DNA from: Octopus sinensis
Lineage: Eukaryota
Direction of reading: 5' to 3'
Length of the DNA: 64,000 nucleotides
Assembly: GCF_006345805.1 (NCBI RefSeq)
Contig: NC_042997.1
Coordinates: forward strand, 744,001-808,000
Shown here: positions 26,001 through 39,460 of the stretch, in pieces
Layout: the number at the start of each line of letters is the position of its first letter
Numbering within the stretch: the stretch's first letter is position 1
Notes under the pieces: generated by a model
Databases searched by the model: none
What the model was told of the DNA's origin: nothing
The model's input: only the letters and a program-made list of their open reading frames with translations
Position numbers and translations under genes: made by a program

Positions 26001-27439
26001 CCAACCCTTGTAAAAGCATAAACAACTATCACTGAAATTTCAACCTGCTCTACTGAAGCTAAAATATAATACTACCGATCTCCATCCGAAGCTTTGTATA
26101 TCCTAGTTACTTTTAAGTACATGCAGGTTTGGAACGGCACCGCTGCACAACACGATCCTGGTCTATCGAAAAAGGCGTAAACTTCGTTCGAATACATCTT
26201 AGATGTATTGGCCTTAATTCATTTAGCTAATAGCTCGTTTCGCACACGGATCCCCGAAAATGTGCATTTATACATGCCTTCTGTAACTGGGACATTGTAG
26301 GGTGCAAAGTGTGGAAAACCCCTGACCTTGTATCAAGACTTGGTAAACCAAGTACTATTTCTCCTGATGATTCCGAAATGTACCAAAAGAAACTACGACT
26401 TTTTGAGTTGGTGCTGTCTTGTAATGCATCTGCAAATATATTTCCTCCTTCCTTGCTAAAAGGAGTAGAGATATGATTTTCATTTGCATAGTGGTATCAA
26501 AAGTATTTACTTAAGAAAAAATTTGGCCGATATAAGAGTTAAAATGAGCATTTAAAAATAATTCCAAAATATTTGACAGAATGGTTTGGAATAGACATAA
26601 AAGCCTATTTCATGGTCAAAAATCCAAACGACAAAATATTCAAATATATCCTTTAGTGACAAGTAAGACGTGAGTATCAAAAAAGACAAAATGAGTCATG
26701 CCAATCCCATTCCATATTCTATGAAACATTACTATTGTTGGAGGGTTCATTTCCATTGGAGGTGTTGGATATTTTACCATGAAGTTAAAAAATAAATTCA
26801 AACAGGCGAAATATTTTAATTGAATCAGTGCCTCTTGTACGCAACTATTCTCCGATTGAAAAATATCTTGGTCAACCAAGTGTAGTGAAAAGCATTGATC
26901 TTTGTGACACTGAGAAGAATGCTCTTTGTGCCCAGGGTGCAAAGATGTAATTCCTGTCTGTGGTCCTTAAGACAAACAAAATTCTTTATTGCTGAGCTAC
27001 TCGTGAAAATACCGATGAAAGGTGGCTGGTTGACTGATATTGAAATTAAAGAAAGACAAAGCAGCGATGAACATTTTACAAACAACAAATAAGAGAAGAA
27101 AATGAAGAGAAAAAGTTATGACAATAGAAAAATTTTAGTTATTTTAAACCAAATTTTAGAAAACTGAAATTCAGAAAGATTGTAAATCTAAGGAAGCAGA
27201 ATCTAATTCAATTTTCAAAATTAAAGAAAGAATATTGTTGATATATTTTTGAGATTTTATTGAGATTGTCTTTCTTTTGGTTTTAAAAACTAAAAAACTG
27301 GGTTTTGTTTTAACTGGAACAGAAAGATCAAAATATTAATTAAACAAGCAAAGAAACAAAAAGAAAAGCAAGAAATAATATTTCCCGTTTAGACTTTTGA
27401 ATTAACTAAACAAATGGCCGAGACCTCTGGCAATATACC

Positions 27440-27676
27440 ATGCTTAAGAAGACCTTTGAAGCCAAGTGACATCTAGTCGTGGCCGATGCCAGTGTTCTGT
27501 AACTGGCACCCGTGCCAGTGGCACGTAAGAAGCACCTGCAAAAGTCTTGGAGTGATTGGCTGTAGAAACTTTGCTAAACCAGACTGACACCTGGTGCAAC
27601 TCCCCAACTTACCAGTTTTCAGACAAACCGTCCAACTCATGCCACCATGGAAAACGGACGTTAAATGATGATGATG
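27440..27676 (+). mobile_element. 3' part of a SINE/short repeat with RTE-type tail (family C)
   Basis: gtgccagtggcacgtaagaagcacc...ccgtccaactcatgccaccatggaaaacggacgttaaa ending in a (TGA)n tail. Confidence 0.65.
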
Positions 27677-28067
27677 ACGTCTCCTTAATCGCTTCCAGAA
27701 AACAAATAAGAGTGAAGTCGGCATAAAATAAGACAAAAAGAAATAATAGCGAAATATTTCTAGTAAATGACTAACGTAGATTTTTCGTGTAATGTCAAGG
27801 AAAAATAACTTGAACTATATTAAACTTGAACATTCTCATTAAGTTTAAACACTCATGTTAACACGAAATAATGGTATGCATGCTCTCCATTGACAATTTA
27901 TTAAGTTATGATTGGAGTTTTCGTTATTTATATATATTTAAGATCATCTTCTGCATTTATATGCATATCTTAGAAGATATAGCTAATTCTCTTTGGAAAT
28001 GAACTATAACTTGCAAGTAAAGATGAAATTATGGATAATATTATCAATACTTATAATAATTATCATA

Positions 28068-28455
28068 GGCGCAGGAGTGCCTGTGGTAAGTAGCTTGTTT
28101 ACCAACCACGTCGTTCCGGGTTCAGTCCCACTGCGTGGCACCTTGGGCAAGTGTCTTCTACTATAGCCTCGGGCCGACCAAAGCCTTGTGAGTGGATTTG
28201 GTAGACGGAAACTGAAAAGAAGCCCGTCGTATATATATATATATGCATGTGTGTGTTTGTGTGTCTGTGTTTGTCTCCCTAGCATTGCTTGACAACCGAT
28301 GCTGGTGTGTTTATGTCCCCGTTACTGAGCGGTTCGGCAAAAGTGACCGATAGAATAAGTACTGGGCTTACAAAAGAATAAGTCCCGGGGTCGAGTTTCT
28401 CGATTAAAGGCGGTGCTCCAGCATGGTCGCAGCCAAATGACTGAAAGAAGTAAAG
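28068..28455 (+). mobile_element. SINE family A, near full length
   Basis: tRNA-like head with B box (GGTTCAGTCCC), internal (TA/TG)n and a tail ...aaatgactgaaa. High similarity to 43070-43535. Confidence 0.9.
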
Positions 28456-29619
28456 GAGAGAAAATAGAGAAGGAAAGAGACCTTAATTTCTTTGCTACAA
28501 GTACTAACAACTAGATGCGTAGGTACATAAGACACTATTCGAAACCATTTTAGGAATTGATAGGAAATGTGATTTAGAAATAGTTGCGAAACGGCATCTT
28601 GAAAAAAAAAATTAAAACAATGTTTAATGAAGATATTTATTTAAAAGAACTGTGCCGAAAACAATAAGTACGGCAAAACTATGAATAATTGAATAGAACG
28701 CGCAGTGATATATTTGAATGGAAATGCTGAGACGAGATTTTAAATATGAATTATAAGAATGCTATAAAGAGAGCTAAATGCCTAAATTGAAGCCATAACT
28801 ATTTATATTAAAGGTGATTCGGCAATACGTTACACTTATATTGCTAACCGGTAGTTATGTGAAACGGAAAAGCTAGACAAGAACATGAAAAATAACTGCA
28901 TATAGAATATAGTATTCAAAATTTGATACAGAAATATTATATTCCCCACGGGTATTCATAGAAGTGTTCTACAACTTGCAAAGTAGTATAAAATTATTTA
29001 CTATAGTTCTCCGAAAGTTACCAGTAGAAAACAAATATATTTGAAATGATAGCAAAAAGCAAGGAATAAACGTGTTTTCTACCTACAATTACGCTGTGAT
29101 TCATCAGTTTGTCGCCCCTGGTGTTAGCACGAAACTCTTGATATCATCTCAGCAAGTGTCAGTGGTGGATAACAATTGCTACAAAACAAAGACAGACTAA
29201 CGTTCCGTGGGTTCCTTTTTACGAACTATATGTTTCGTGCGTTAATCTTGACAAATAGTTACGCCTATCTTTCCATAGTGGTTACGTATATAATAAATTC
29301 ATTCTATCACCGATAGACAAGAAACACTCATTCTAAAACGAATATTTCCTAACCTCAAATCGAAATCCATATACATCTAATTTCGATTTATTAGTCTAAT
29401 ACCCGTATAATGAATGAAGGAGAATTAAATGAAATAAAAAAAAAATTACTCGCGTTTTACGCTGCATATAAATTCCTAATCAGTGCATTTATTTCAGCCT
29501 GATGTTTAAGCTAAGTACATTGCATAATTATAGCAAATAAGAGAATAAAACATTTTTTTCATCAATTCTCTAGTCCGTGAGAATCAGTAGAATGATTGGT
29601 CATTGATGGCACTTGTGAG

Positions 29620-29815
29620 TCTTACTACTACTACTACTACTACTACTGCTGCTGCTTCTGCTGCTGCTACTGCTCCTGCCGTTACTGTTGCTACTGTTAC
29701 TGCTGCTACTGCAGCTGCCGTGCCGCCGTCGCTATCTCCACCGCTGCTGCTGCTCCCGCTGCTAACATTCACCGCCACTACTCCCGCCGCCGCCGCCACT
29801 GCTGTCGCTGTTGCA
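29620..29815. repeat. Cryptic trinucleotide repeat (ACT/GCT/GCC)
   Basis: In-phase triplet drift from ACT to GCT to GCC; explains three overlapping low-complexity ORFs. Confidence 0.85.
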
Positions 29816-30049
29816 TTTATTTACTAGCTACAGGAACTCAAAATATAGAGGAGCAAAAACCGAGAGAGAGGATTATTAAAAAAAAACTTAAACAAAGTTC
29901 AACAAACATATCTCAACAAAGAAAATTGCCAGAAAAGAGGGTGGTCTCTAAGGTCTCCCTGTGGTACCTTACCCCATAAATTAATTAAAAAGAATCAGTC
30001 TCATCTCCGGGACAGGTACCATCTCTTAGTGATATTTTTCCAGTTCCAA

Positions 30050-31650
30050 AGGTGCACGCTGTGAGTCGGGTGACTCAAGTGCCCCATGTACGAAGCTCAT
30101 CAGTGTTTCAAAAAGTTTTCGGTAAAGTCTCCTGTCTTGCATACTCACTCTTGTTGACTACACAAACTCTTTGGCTATACAAAGGTAAGAATTTCCTATC
30201 CTTCGCAGTCAAAGCAAGACGCCGCGACAGTCTTCACAATGGACTCTGATAATGATCGGATCATAAGTCATAGTAATCGTTCAACACAAAAATAGAAATG
30301 TTCGGGCAATATAGTGTGTGTACAGAAGTTTTTCATTCTCGTGCACATCTCGGAACAGATCGGCGGAGGCACATTTGTGCCTTATATAGAATGCTTATAT
30401 GGAATTTCCGCCGGCTACTCCAATTTCATCTGACACGAAGCTGGGTAAGGTGCGAAGATCAGGCGGTAATAGATGAGAAAAGCAATGACGAAGTTCTTGA
30501 TCTCTTCCCGACCTTTCAGTGGTTGCCTTATTCGTAGCTAATTTCTGGTTTAAAATAGCGACCCTGTTCATCATTTGACTAGTTCTTAACTACCTAATGA
30601 TCTGGATGGAAGTAGATCCCTTGCTTTTTTACCCATTTATCCGTCCAGCGCCACACAACATTACTGATTGTCATGGACCTGCTTTTTCAGATGCTTATTT
30701 GAAGGACCACTGGTTTATCGTGGTCCACTTTCGTTCGATGTGGATTAGTGTGGTGTCATTCATTTCAGCCTGCTTGGTGAACATCCGCATATGCTAACGC
30801 AGAACTTCATGTTGTCTATCAAAGTTCTAATAACCACAATAATTATTCTTGTTTCAGTTTATGTTGAGAGGATGAGAAGTAGTAGTTGGTCATACTAAGC
30901 ACATGATACTGAATTAGGTAGACTTTTACTCTGACAATCGAGTAGTGTCGCTAAACACTGCGATGGCTCATCCCTTGAAAACAGAATCGAAATGGGTTTA
31001 TGTGAGGACAACCGCCATATATTGGTGGACGGTTCTATTGAAGGCTTTTGACTATTTCTTTTCCTATCTTCCCTGCGATGTATCGCTTGAAAAGGAAGTA
31101 GTCGTAGATAGCTGACTTCAAGATGGAACATGTTAGCGCATTATGCGCCAGGGCCACCGAAGACAAGAGCGAATCTGTTCGGTACCATCCTAGCCCAAAT
31201 TTTGAAATCTGTCATGAGTTATGGGTCGGAAATTTTCAATGTTATCCATCTTATTCGGGTCCTTTCGAAGCAGTGTTACCATTCGTCAGCTGACAAAAAT
31301 AGGAATTTTCACGATCTGCTGCCAGTTGATGTAGACATCTGGAAATTGTTCACCGAACAAGTCTGGTGTGTAAGCGTAAATTCCGTAGGGAAGGGGCATC
31401 CAAAGAAGCGAGTTAGCTCACTTCCAGTTAACAATTGTTTTCCATATTTCATTAAAAATTATCAGCCTTTCGCAACACTCCAACATTATTACCGAGAAAT
31501 GAATCCATCAAGGCGGGCACTAAAATCTATCCTGCAATCGGGTCTGCCACTCGCCCCGCACATGCAAACGAGCTGCCGCTAGAAAGGGGTAAAATCTGGT
31601 CAGAATCGAGTAAAATACGTTCGCCAAAAACCGAACTTGACTTTCTTGGC
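30050..31650 (-). mobile_element. Old degenerate Tx1/L1-clade LINE RT region, related to the element at 44248-50311
   Basis: Minus-strand remnants LPYGIYAYTPDLFGEQFPDVYINWQQ, VTLLRKDPNKMDNIENFRPIT, SALAYAD, WRWTDKW and LKGREEIKNFVIAFLIYYRL. These align by eye, in order, with LPYELYNCMPDLFG..NWQQ, VTLLKKDLNKGNVIDNFRPIT, SAYADD, GRWTDGP and LKGRAEVANTYIASVIYYRL. Confidence 0.85.
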
Positions 31651-32089
31651 GTTTTACCCTCCACTACCATGACTCCGAGCACATCGATCGTGATGCATTT
31701 TCTAAACATTTCTAAATATTGTTTTAAGTAGGGCTCCTCTCTAGTTGTTAGTGGTTACTATATATTGTCAGTTCTAATCTCATCTCTTTTCAGGACGAGC
31801 CACCACCTAAATAATTCGTTAAATTATTCTATATCTGCCTGGCACATTAGTGTTACGGAATCACATTAATAGCAAATATTTCTCTGAGATACATAAGCTG
31901 CCAATCATTGTGCTCTATGTCAACTATCAAGGAGTCAATAAGAAAGGATAGTGTAAAATTGTTTGCATCAAATATGAGTTCCATGAAATTGGTTGAGTAA
32001 GATATTTTGAATTTCAGTCTGATGCCTAAAATTCAGACGAGAAATATCAGAGTATATTATACTCAGAACTTCCTTCAGATGCATGGTCA

Positions 32090-32540
32090 TGCCATCGACC
32101 TTTTTCGATTTTCTTTCTCCCATTAATATGTACAACAAGCTATTAAAGGCAAGAAATGCTGAAGTGGATAACAATGAAACGCTTATCGAAAATCTGCACA
32201 AATTGCGGGATCAATTGGAAGCTACTGACAGAATGAAAGAATGCCGCTAATAAATTGCAATTTGAAATTAATAAAAGCATATGGGATAACGCTAAAGAAA
32301 TCATTTCATGAGAACCATTCAAGTGATGAATGCCAGGCCAGAGAACCTGACATATATGCGGCAGAGTCGTTATTTCAGACATTTGCTTTTTATGTTATTG
32401 TCGATTCTGCCAATGGTGCTCTACCAAGAAAATTTGCGAAGAAAATTCCTGTTATGTTTCATTCCTCTGTAATTATGGGAAAATCGTTTCATCACAGACT
32501 GCATGCTATTTTTCTGAAATTTACACTGCTGGTGTAAATG
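32090..32540 (+). pseudogene. hAT-like transposase relic
   Basis: KKSFHENHSSDE...AESLFQTFAFYVIVDSANGALPRKF resembles the K.FDE...E.F...FY.I.D...L..RF segment of hAT transposases. Stops and frameshifts are present. Confidence 0.4.
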
Positions 32541-32829
32541 CAAATGGAATATTAAAATGGATTAAGAAAACTATGATGTTTCGGATAAAATTTGAGGGAC
32601 GAGTACTGGTTAGAAATCGTTGTTACATAAATATAAGTATTTCTCCGGATTTTGGAAGCTATGCCTGCAAAGCTTCATTCAGTAAGCTTAACGTCTAATT
32701 CTCTCTCTCTCTCTCTCTTTCTCTCTCTTTGTTTGACTCACTGAAAAAAGACAAATGAACAAAATGTGTCACAAAGTCATCTTCTAGACTTTAAATGAGT
32801 TTCAAACCAACGATGGATAAAAATATTGG

Positions 32830-33013
32830 TTTAAAATTTTGGCATGGTACCAGCATATTTGGGAGAGAAGATAAGACGATTACATCAACCCCAGTACCCA
32901 ACTGATACTTATTTTATCGACTCCGTAAACATGAAAGGCAAAGTCGACCTCGGTGGAATTTGAACTCAAAACATACCGCTGAGTGTTAAACATTCTGCCA
33001 GCTTACCACCTTA
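32830..33013 (-). mobile_element. SINE family B (Deu/Nin-like central domain), degenerate
   Basis: tttatcgac...atgaaaggcaaagtcgacctcggtggaatttgaactc, the reverse of a B box plus central domain. Confidence 0.8.
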
Positions 33014-33679
33014 GACCGGTAGAAAAATTAACTTCAGACATATCATATAACATTTGCAAAATTGAAAAAAAAACCAATTAGTATATTTATGTATATATTA
33101 ATAAATGTATAATTAAAGTTATGCAGTTCATGGATTTAAATGTTGGTGTTGAAGTGTGTGAAAAATTTTCTCTCGATGACCCTGTTATATCCACATCACA
33201 TTTCTCAGAATGAATAAATCTACATTTAGGTGATACCCAGTATGATGCAGTTGGTGTTTGGGTAAGGTATATACGTTCCTCTTGGGTGATACGCTGTGTT
33301 GCCTACCATTTGTGTATAAATGCAAATATTACCGTTACGTTTTGCGGAGGAACTCGAAATACTACATAATATGTTGCTATTTTCCCCGTATATATAATTT
33401 CATTATGTTCGTGAATGTGAATATGATTTTGAACGTTAACTTTTGAAGGTACCCGTTATTGTTTTTTTTCTTTTCTAAACGTATATCTATTTTATGAAAT
33501 GAAGAAGTTACGGAAGCATTTGCAATTTAACTTTTTGGTTATATTCTTTGTTTTGTAGAAGAACAATGTTTTGCTTTCATTTTAATACACATTTACATTC
33601 TTTTTATTTTTCAGGTAAGGAGGGTAGGCAGTAATTATGATTTGTGAAAGGGCTCCCAAAAGTGGTGGAGATGAGAGGA

Positions 33680-33738
<59 letters not shown>

Positions 33739-33994
33739 AAGAGAGAGAGAGAAAGATGAAGAAAGAGGAAGGTATCCTTAAACCGGAAATCTGCTTGAAT
33801 ACTTATAAGAGTGCAGAATCCAGTAATGACATGCAAGGTATCACGTGGTGCTGTTAAATCGGACGTTGCCTTATGTCCACCATACCTGTAGGCCATGGCA
33901 GGAATCAAACTCGGAATGCAAATAACCGTAAAAGATACTGGAAGGCATCATCTGTTTACAGTTCTGCTATTCTATTCTATCACTTTCTACGAGT

Positions 33995-34130
33995 AGTTCT
34001 TTATCGACCTCGAAAGGATGAAAGGCAAAGTTAACCACGCCTGGGATTGAATTCTGTGCTCACTGAGTTGAAGCAAATACTATAAAGCATTTCGTTTGAC
34101 GCTCCAATGACTCTTTCATTCCCCATCTCA
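33995..34130 (-). mobile_element. SINE family B fragment
   Basis: tttatcgacctcgaaaggatgaaaggcaaagt core. Confidence 0.7.
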
Positions 34131-34399
34131 ATCGGGGGCGAGGGTGTTCTTTTTCAATACCCTTACTCAAGTACAATTGGAATAGTTTACTAGGAATTTG
34201 TTGTTTATCATCCGCCATAAAGCAAAATTATTAATGCATATAAACAATTGCACCTTTATCGTCATGAGTGTACTTAAGCTTTATATATATATATCATAAT
34301 TCAATAAAATATGATAAGCATATATTTTTCTCATGGTGTATATATATATATAATATATATATATATACATACTAGATATACTCATGCATACATATATAG

Positions 34400-34760
34400 A
34401 AGGGACTGTGGGATTAGAACTTTGCTTCCCAACTACATGGTTTCAGGTTCAATTCCATTGCCTATAACCTAGGGGGAGTGTCTTCTACTATTGCCCCGTG
34501 TTGACCACACCATATAGTTGGATTTCATAAGAGAATCCGTTGTATATGTGTGCGTGTCTTTGTATCTGTATTTGCTCCCATCAATGCATAATGACTGTCG
34601 CTCGTGTGTGTTTAAGTTAGGTTAGTACAGTAAAAGAGACTGATACAATAGGTTCCAAGCTGAAGAAAAGGTAAGTAATGTAGTATTTCTGGTCGGCTAA
34701 AATTCTTCAAAGTGGTGTTCCAGCTTGGCTGCAATCTAGGTACTGAAAAACCAAAAAGCT
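34400..34760 (+). mobile_element. SINE family A, very degenerate
   Basis: ttcccaactacatggtttcaggttcaattcc, gtgtcttctactat and aaagtggtgttccagcttggctgca occur in the expected order. Confidence 0.6.
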
Positions 34761-34790
34761 ATAAAGATACATACACACACCCACATGTAT

Positions 34791-34844
<54 letters not shown>

Positions 34845-34852
34845 ATATATAG

Positions 34853-35050
34853 GGGAGAATTCACAAAAAGACGACGACGGGTGGTGTAGACAACAAACAG
34901 ATGTTTTAGTTTAACACTCGGGAAGTGAAAAAGTCTTTAACGTTTCCAGCCTATGCTCTTCCATAGAAAGGAACACAGAAAGAAACAAGGACAGAAAATT
35001 AAGAATGTTTAGTGGCTAGCGATCTCTCATGGCGAATGCCGGACAGAAGG
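34853..35050 (-). mobile_element. Probable terminal fragment of a second PLE family with a decayed hammerhead (34935-34970)
   Basis: Minus strand CUUU-CUAUGGA-A-GAGC-auag-GCUG-GAAA-CG-UU-AAAG keeps the minimal hammerhead geometry with a damaged core. It starts at a (TA)n tract. Confidence 0.45.
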
Positions 35051-35599
35051 GTCACAAAAGAAAGCTAGGAAAAGAGGAGATAATAAAGTAGTGGTGATCC
35101 TAAAACGAAGCTGCGCGTGCGTGTGTATAAAAATGCATGTATGTGCGTGTGGAAGAGGGCTGGTTACCTTGACGTGTGAGGGTATGCATGTGTATGTGTG
35201 TGGATGGGGATGTGGGGCTGGGAAGTGGTCAGTGCTAGTATGCATGGTGGTGTGATGTGATGTGTTGTTGTGTGGTATAGTGGTGTATGGTGTGTTAGTG
35301 TGCAGTGTGGTGTGGTGGTGTTGGGATGTGGGGGAGGTGTGACACAGGAGTGGGGATGAGGGTTAGATGACGAGGGGAGGAGAGTTGAGCCCATGAGGCG
35401 CAAAGGAGCGAAGAGAGATTAATCCCATTGTATATATATATATATAGGGTATAGTCGTTGTGCTGGAAACAACTGAATATGGAATATAGGCGAAATTCCA
35501 CCTGGAAGATGCTTATTAGTACCATTCTCGCACAAAGATTAACTCCTTTCTCTGAAATAACATGAACACTTTCGCGGTATAGCATTCTCATTAAATATT

Positions 35600-35782
35600 T
35601 GTTTCAAACTTTGGTACAATGAAACGCTTAACAGTATTTCGCTAATACCTGCATTATCGACCTCGAAAGAATGAAATTCAAATTCGATCTCGGTGGAATT
35701 GGAACTCAGAACGTAAAGACGTACGAAACGCTGCTAATAATTTTGTCCGGCAAGCTGACTATTCTGCCAGCACACCACCTTA
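35600..35782 (-). mobile_element. SINE family B, degenerate
   Basis: ttatcgacctcgaaagaatgaaa...cggtggaattggaactcagaacgtaaagac...ttctgccagc. Confidence 0.75.
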
Positions 35783-36214
35783 TACTCAACAAATATTAAC
35801 GACGTACAGATTACGACAAACAAACAAACATACAGCCAAATAAGTACACCACATATTTCGTAACATCTTCATATCTTGTAAGAGCATAACCAATGCATAA
35901 TACGATTGCAAATGAAGTGTACTATATAACAATATACCCAGTGATGATGGAAATATCATGGTAACTATGTAAATTACCAACAACCTTATTTCTGTTGAAT
36001 AATAACCAACTAGTTCTGCATATATATTGGCAGATTATTTTTAAGGACACTATGCAGAAAATAACAGTCCTAATACCTGTAGATATTGTTATGTTATTCT
36101 CCACATTTGGCAAATATAGATATTCATGGTTTGCAACAAACAAAAAAACAAACTTCTAATATATTCCCAAATCGCTAAATATATATGTTTATTTTTTATA
36201 TTCTATAATTTTTT

Positions 36215-36390
36215 TATAGCCCACAGGGGGCTAAACGCAGAGGGGACAAACAAGGACAGGCAAATGGATTAAGTCGATTACATCGATCCCAGTGCGTAAC
36301 TGGTACTTAATTTATCGTCCCCGAAAGGATGAAAGGCAAAGTCAACCTCAGCGGAATTTGAACTCAGAACGTAAAGACAGACAAAATTTC
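36215..36390 (-). mobile_element. SINE family B, headless tandem partner of the next copy
   Basis: Near-identical to 36400-36560. Confidence 0.85.
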
Positions 36391-36399
36391 TCTTTCTTT

Positions 36400-36621
36400 A
36401 CTATCCACAGGGGGCTAAACATAGAGGGGCAAACAAGGACAGACAAACGGATTAAGTCGATTACATCGATCCCAGTGCGTAACTGGTACTTAAATTATCG
36501 TCCCCGAAAGGATGAAAGGCAAAGTGGACCTCGGCAGAATTTGAACTCAGAACGTAACGGCAGACGAAATACCGCTAAGCATTTCGCCCGGCTTGCTAAC
36601 GTTTCTGCCAGCTCACGGCCT
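36400..36621 (-). mobile_element. SINE family B, well-preserved copy
   Basis: Minus-strand tRNA-like head AGGCCGTGAGCTGGCAGAAACGTTAGC... with B box GAGTTCAAATT, then ctttgcctttcatcctttcgggg...aagtaccag. Confidence 0.9.
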
Positions 36622-36646
36622 GAATAATAATAATAATAATAATAAC

Positions 36647-36703
<57 letters not shown>

Positions 36704-36754
36704 CATAGAGATGATAATAATAATGATAATAACAATAATAATAATAATAATAAT

Positions 36755-36805
<51 letters not shown>
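36622..36805. repeat. (AAT)n microsatellite
   Basis: Direct reading. Confidence 0.98.
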
Positions 36806-36939
36806 AATAGCCCCTTCTAAAATACGAAAGTTTTTCAAAAACGTTAAGAGTAAATTCTATTCTATGTGACACAGTCTACCAGTATCGGAAATCTGAATGT
36901 GTTTTGTTAAAAGAAAAAAAAATAATGATATAATTTGTA

Positions 36940-37028
36940 CGTCAAAGTCGACCTCGGGCGAAATTTGAACTCAAAAAACGTAAAGACACATGAAATAAAG
37001 TCAGGTAGTGCACACAGCGGGCTAATGT
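36940..37028 (-). mobile_element. SINE family B head fragment
   Basis: caaagtcgacctcgggcgaaatttgaactcaaaaaacgtaaagac. Confidence 0.7.
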
Positions 37029-38204
37029 TTTTGCCAACTCTCCACTTTTGAACGAAACCATTGATTTTAGAAATACGTTCTTCATTTTTATAGCTGAAGC
37101 GTTACTCCCTTAATCTCTTAGTTATTGACAGGAAATATCATAACATTTTACCTCATAAAACTTTTTCTACGAAAGTTTGTTAAATGCGTCTAGTGATTCT
37201 GAATTTCTCAAGCACTTGTCTATCATTTGAGCCTAAAAGAGATATACTTTTAATTTAAAATTAAAATGTTAATGTTAATTGAATGTGAAAAGGTGCATTA
37301 CTGCCTCCCCTTGACGTCGCACATATTTTGATGTAACATTTTTTTCTACTGAGTCAAATCTCAAACTAGTTATGCCAAAGTGTAGCTGAGGTTGTGTCTT
37401 CTTTAAAAGTGGTAACAGTTTGCAATTTAGTTCAGAATTGAATTAGTGGTCAAGCTTGGAAGCTGCTGTGATTGACGAAATGGTGGACTTCATATATTTA
37501 ACCACTACCGCGGTTGAATGAACCGCGGTTGAATTTTATATATATCATATCTATAAAAGGCATTATGTGTGTGCGTGTGTGTGCGTACGTGATTGTAATT
37601 TATGCACTTCCACAAATTAGCACGCATGTCGCTCCAATTTTAGGAGGACATTCGTCAACATCCTATCTGGGTTTTGTGAACTTATATTTTTCCCGAGGCA
37701 CCCGCGGATAGCGGTAAAATTCTATTTTCATCCATAGCTTTTAGCCATAAAAAAATCAGCCATCGCTTTTTGACGGCGTCTAAAAATAATACGATAAAGA
37801 AAAGTTTCATGGGAAATACAAAGTGAGAGAGGGAGAGAGAGAGAGTAAGAGACGATGTTCATAAAAAATAAAATGTAAAATGTTTTGTTTTTTCTTAAAC
37901 ACGAGATATAGTGTTCAAATTTAGGATGTTTTTGAAAGACACTATATTTTATAATCATAGTATATATACTTTCTCACACAACAATTACAATATATTTATT
38001 TTAAATCATTTATTTATATTAGATCGTTCATCTTTCTCCCCCTCTTTCACACATTACTTTGGGTGCGAAAGAGTGTTGTTTTTATTTTACGCCGAGTAAA
38101 AAAGTGTTTTGCTGAGTGTCGATATTACTTAGTTTGGTTTGAAATAAAGAACTTGATTAGCTTAATAATCGCAACTTAATCGCAAGGCCGGGTTATGCTG
38201 CTAG

Positions 38205-38249
<45 letters not shown>

Positions 38250-38259
38250 TATATATATA

Positions 38260-39460
<1,201 letters not shown>

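Noticed and set aside
26364-26400. CTGATGA...GAAA hammerhead-like words
   Set aside because: No stem II and no stem I/III pairing around the core.
26280-27090. Coding-like stretch with several 60-100-codon ORFs on both strands
   Set aside because: No recognisable domain; probably a decayed transposon, but I cannot assign it without a search.
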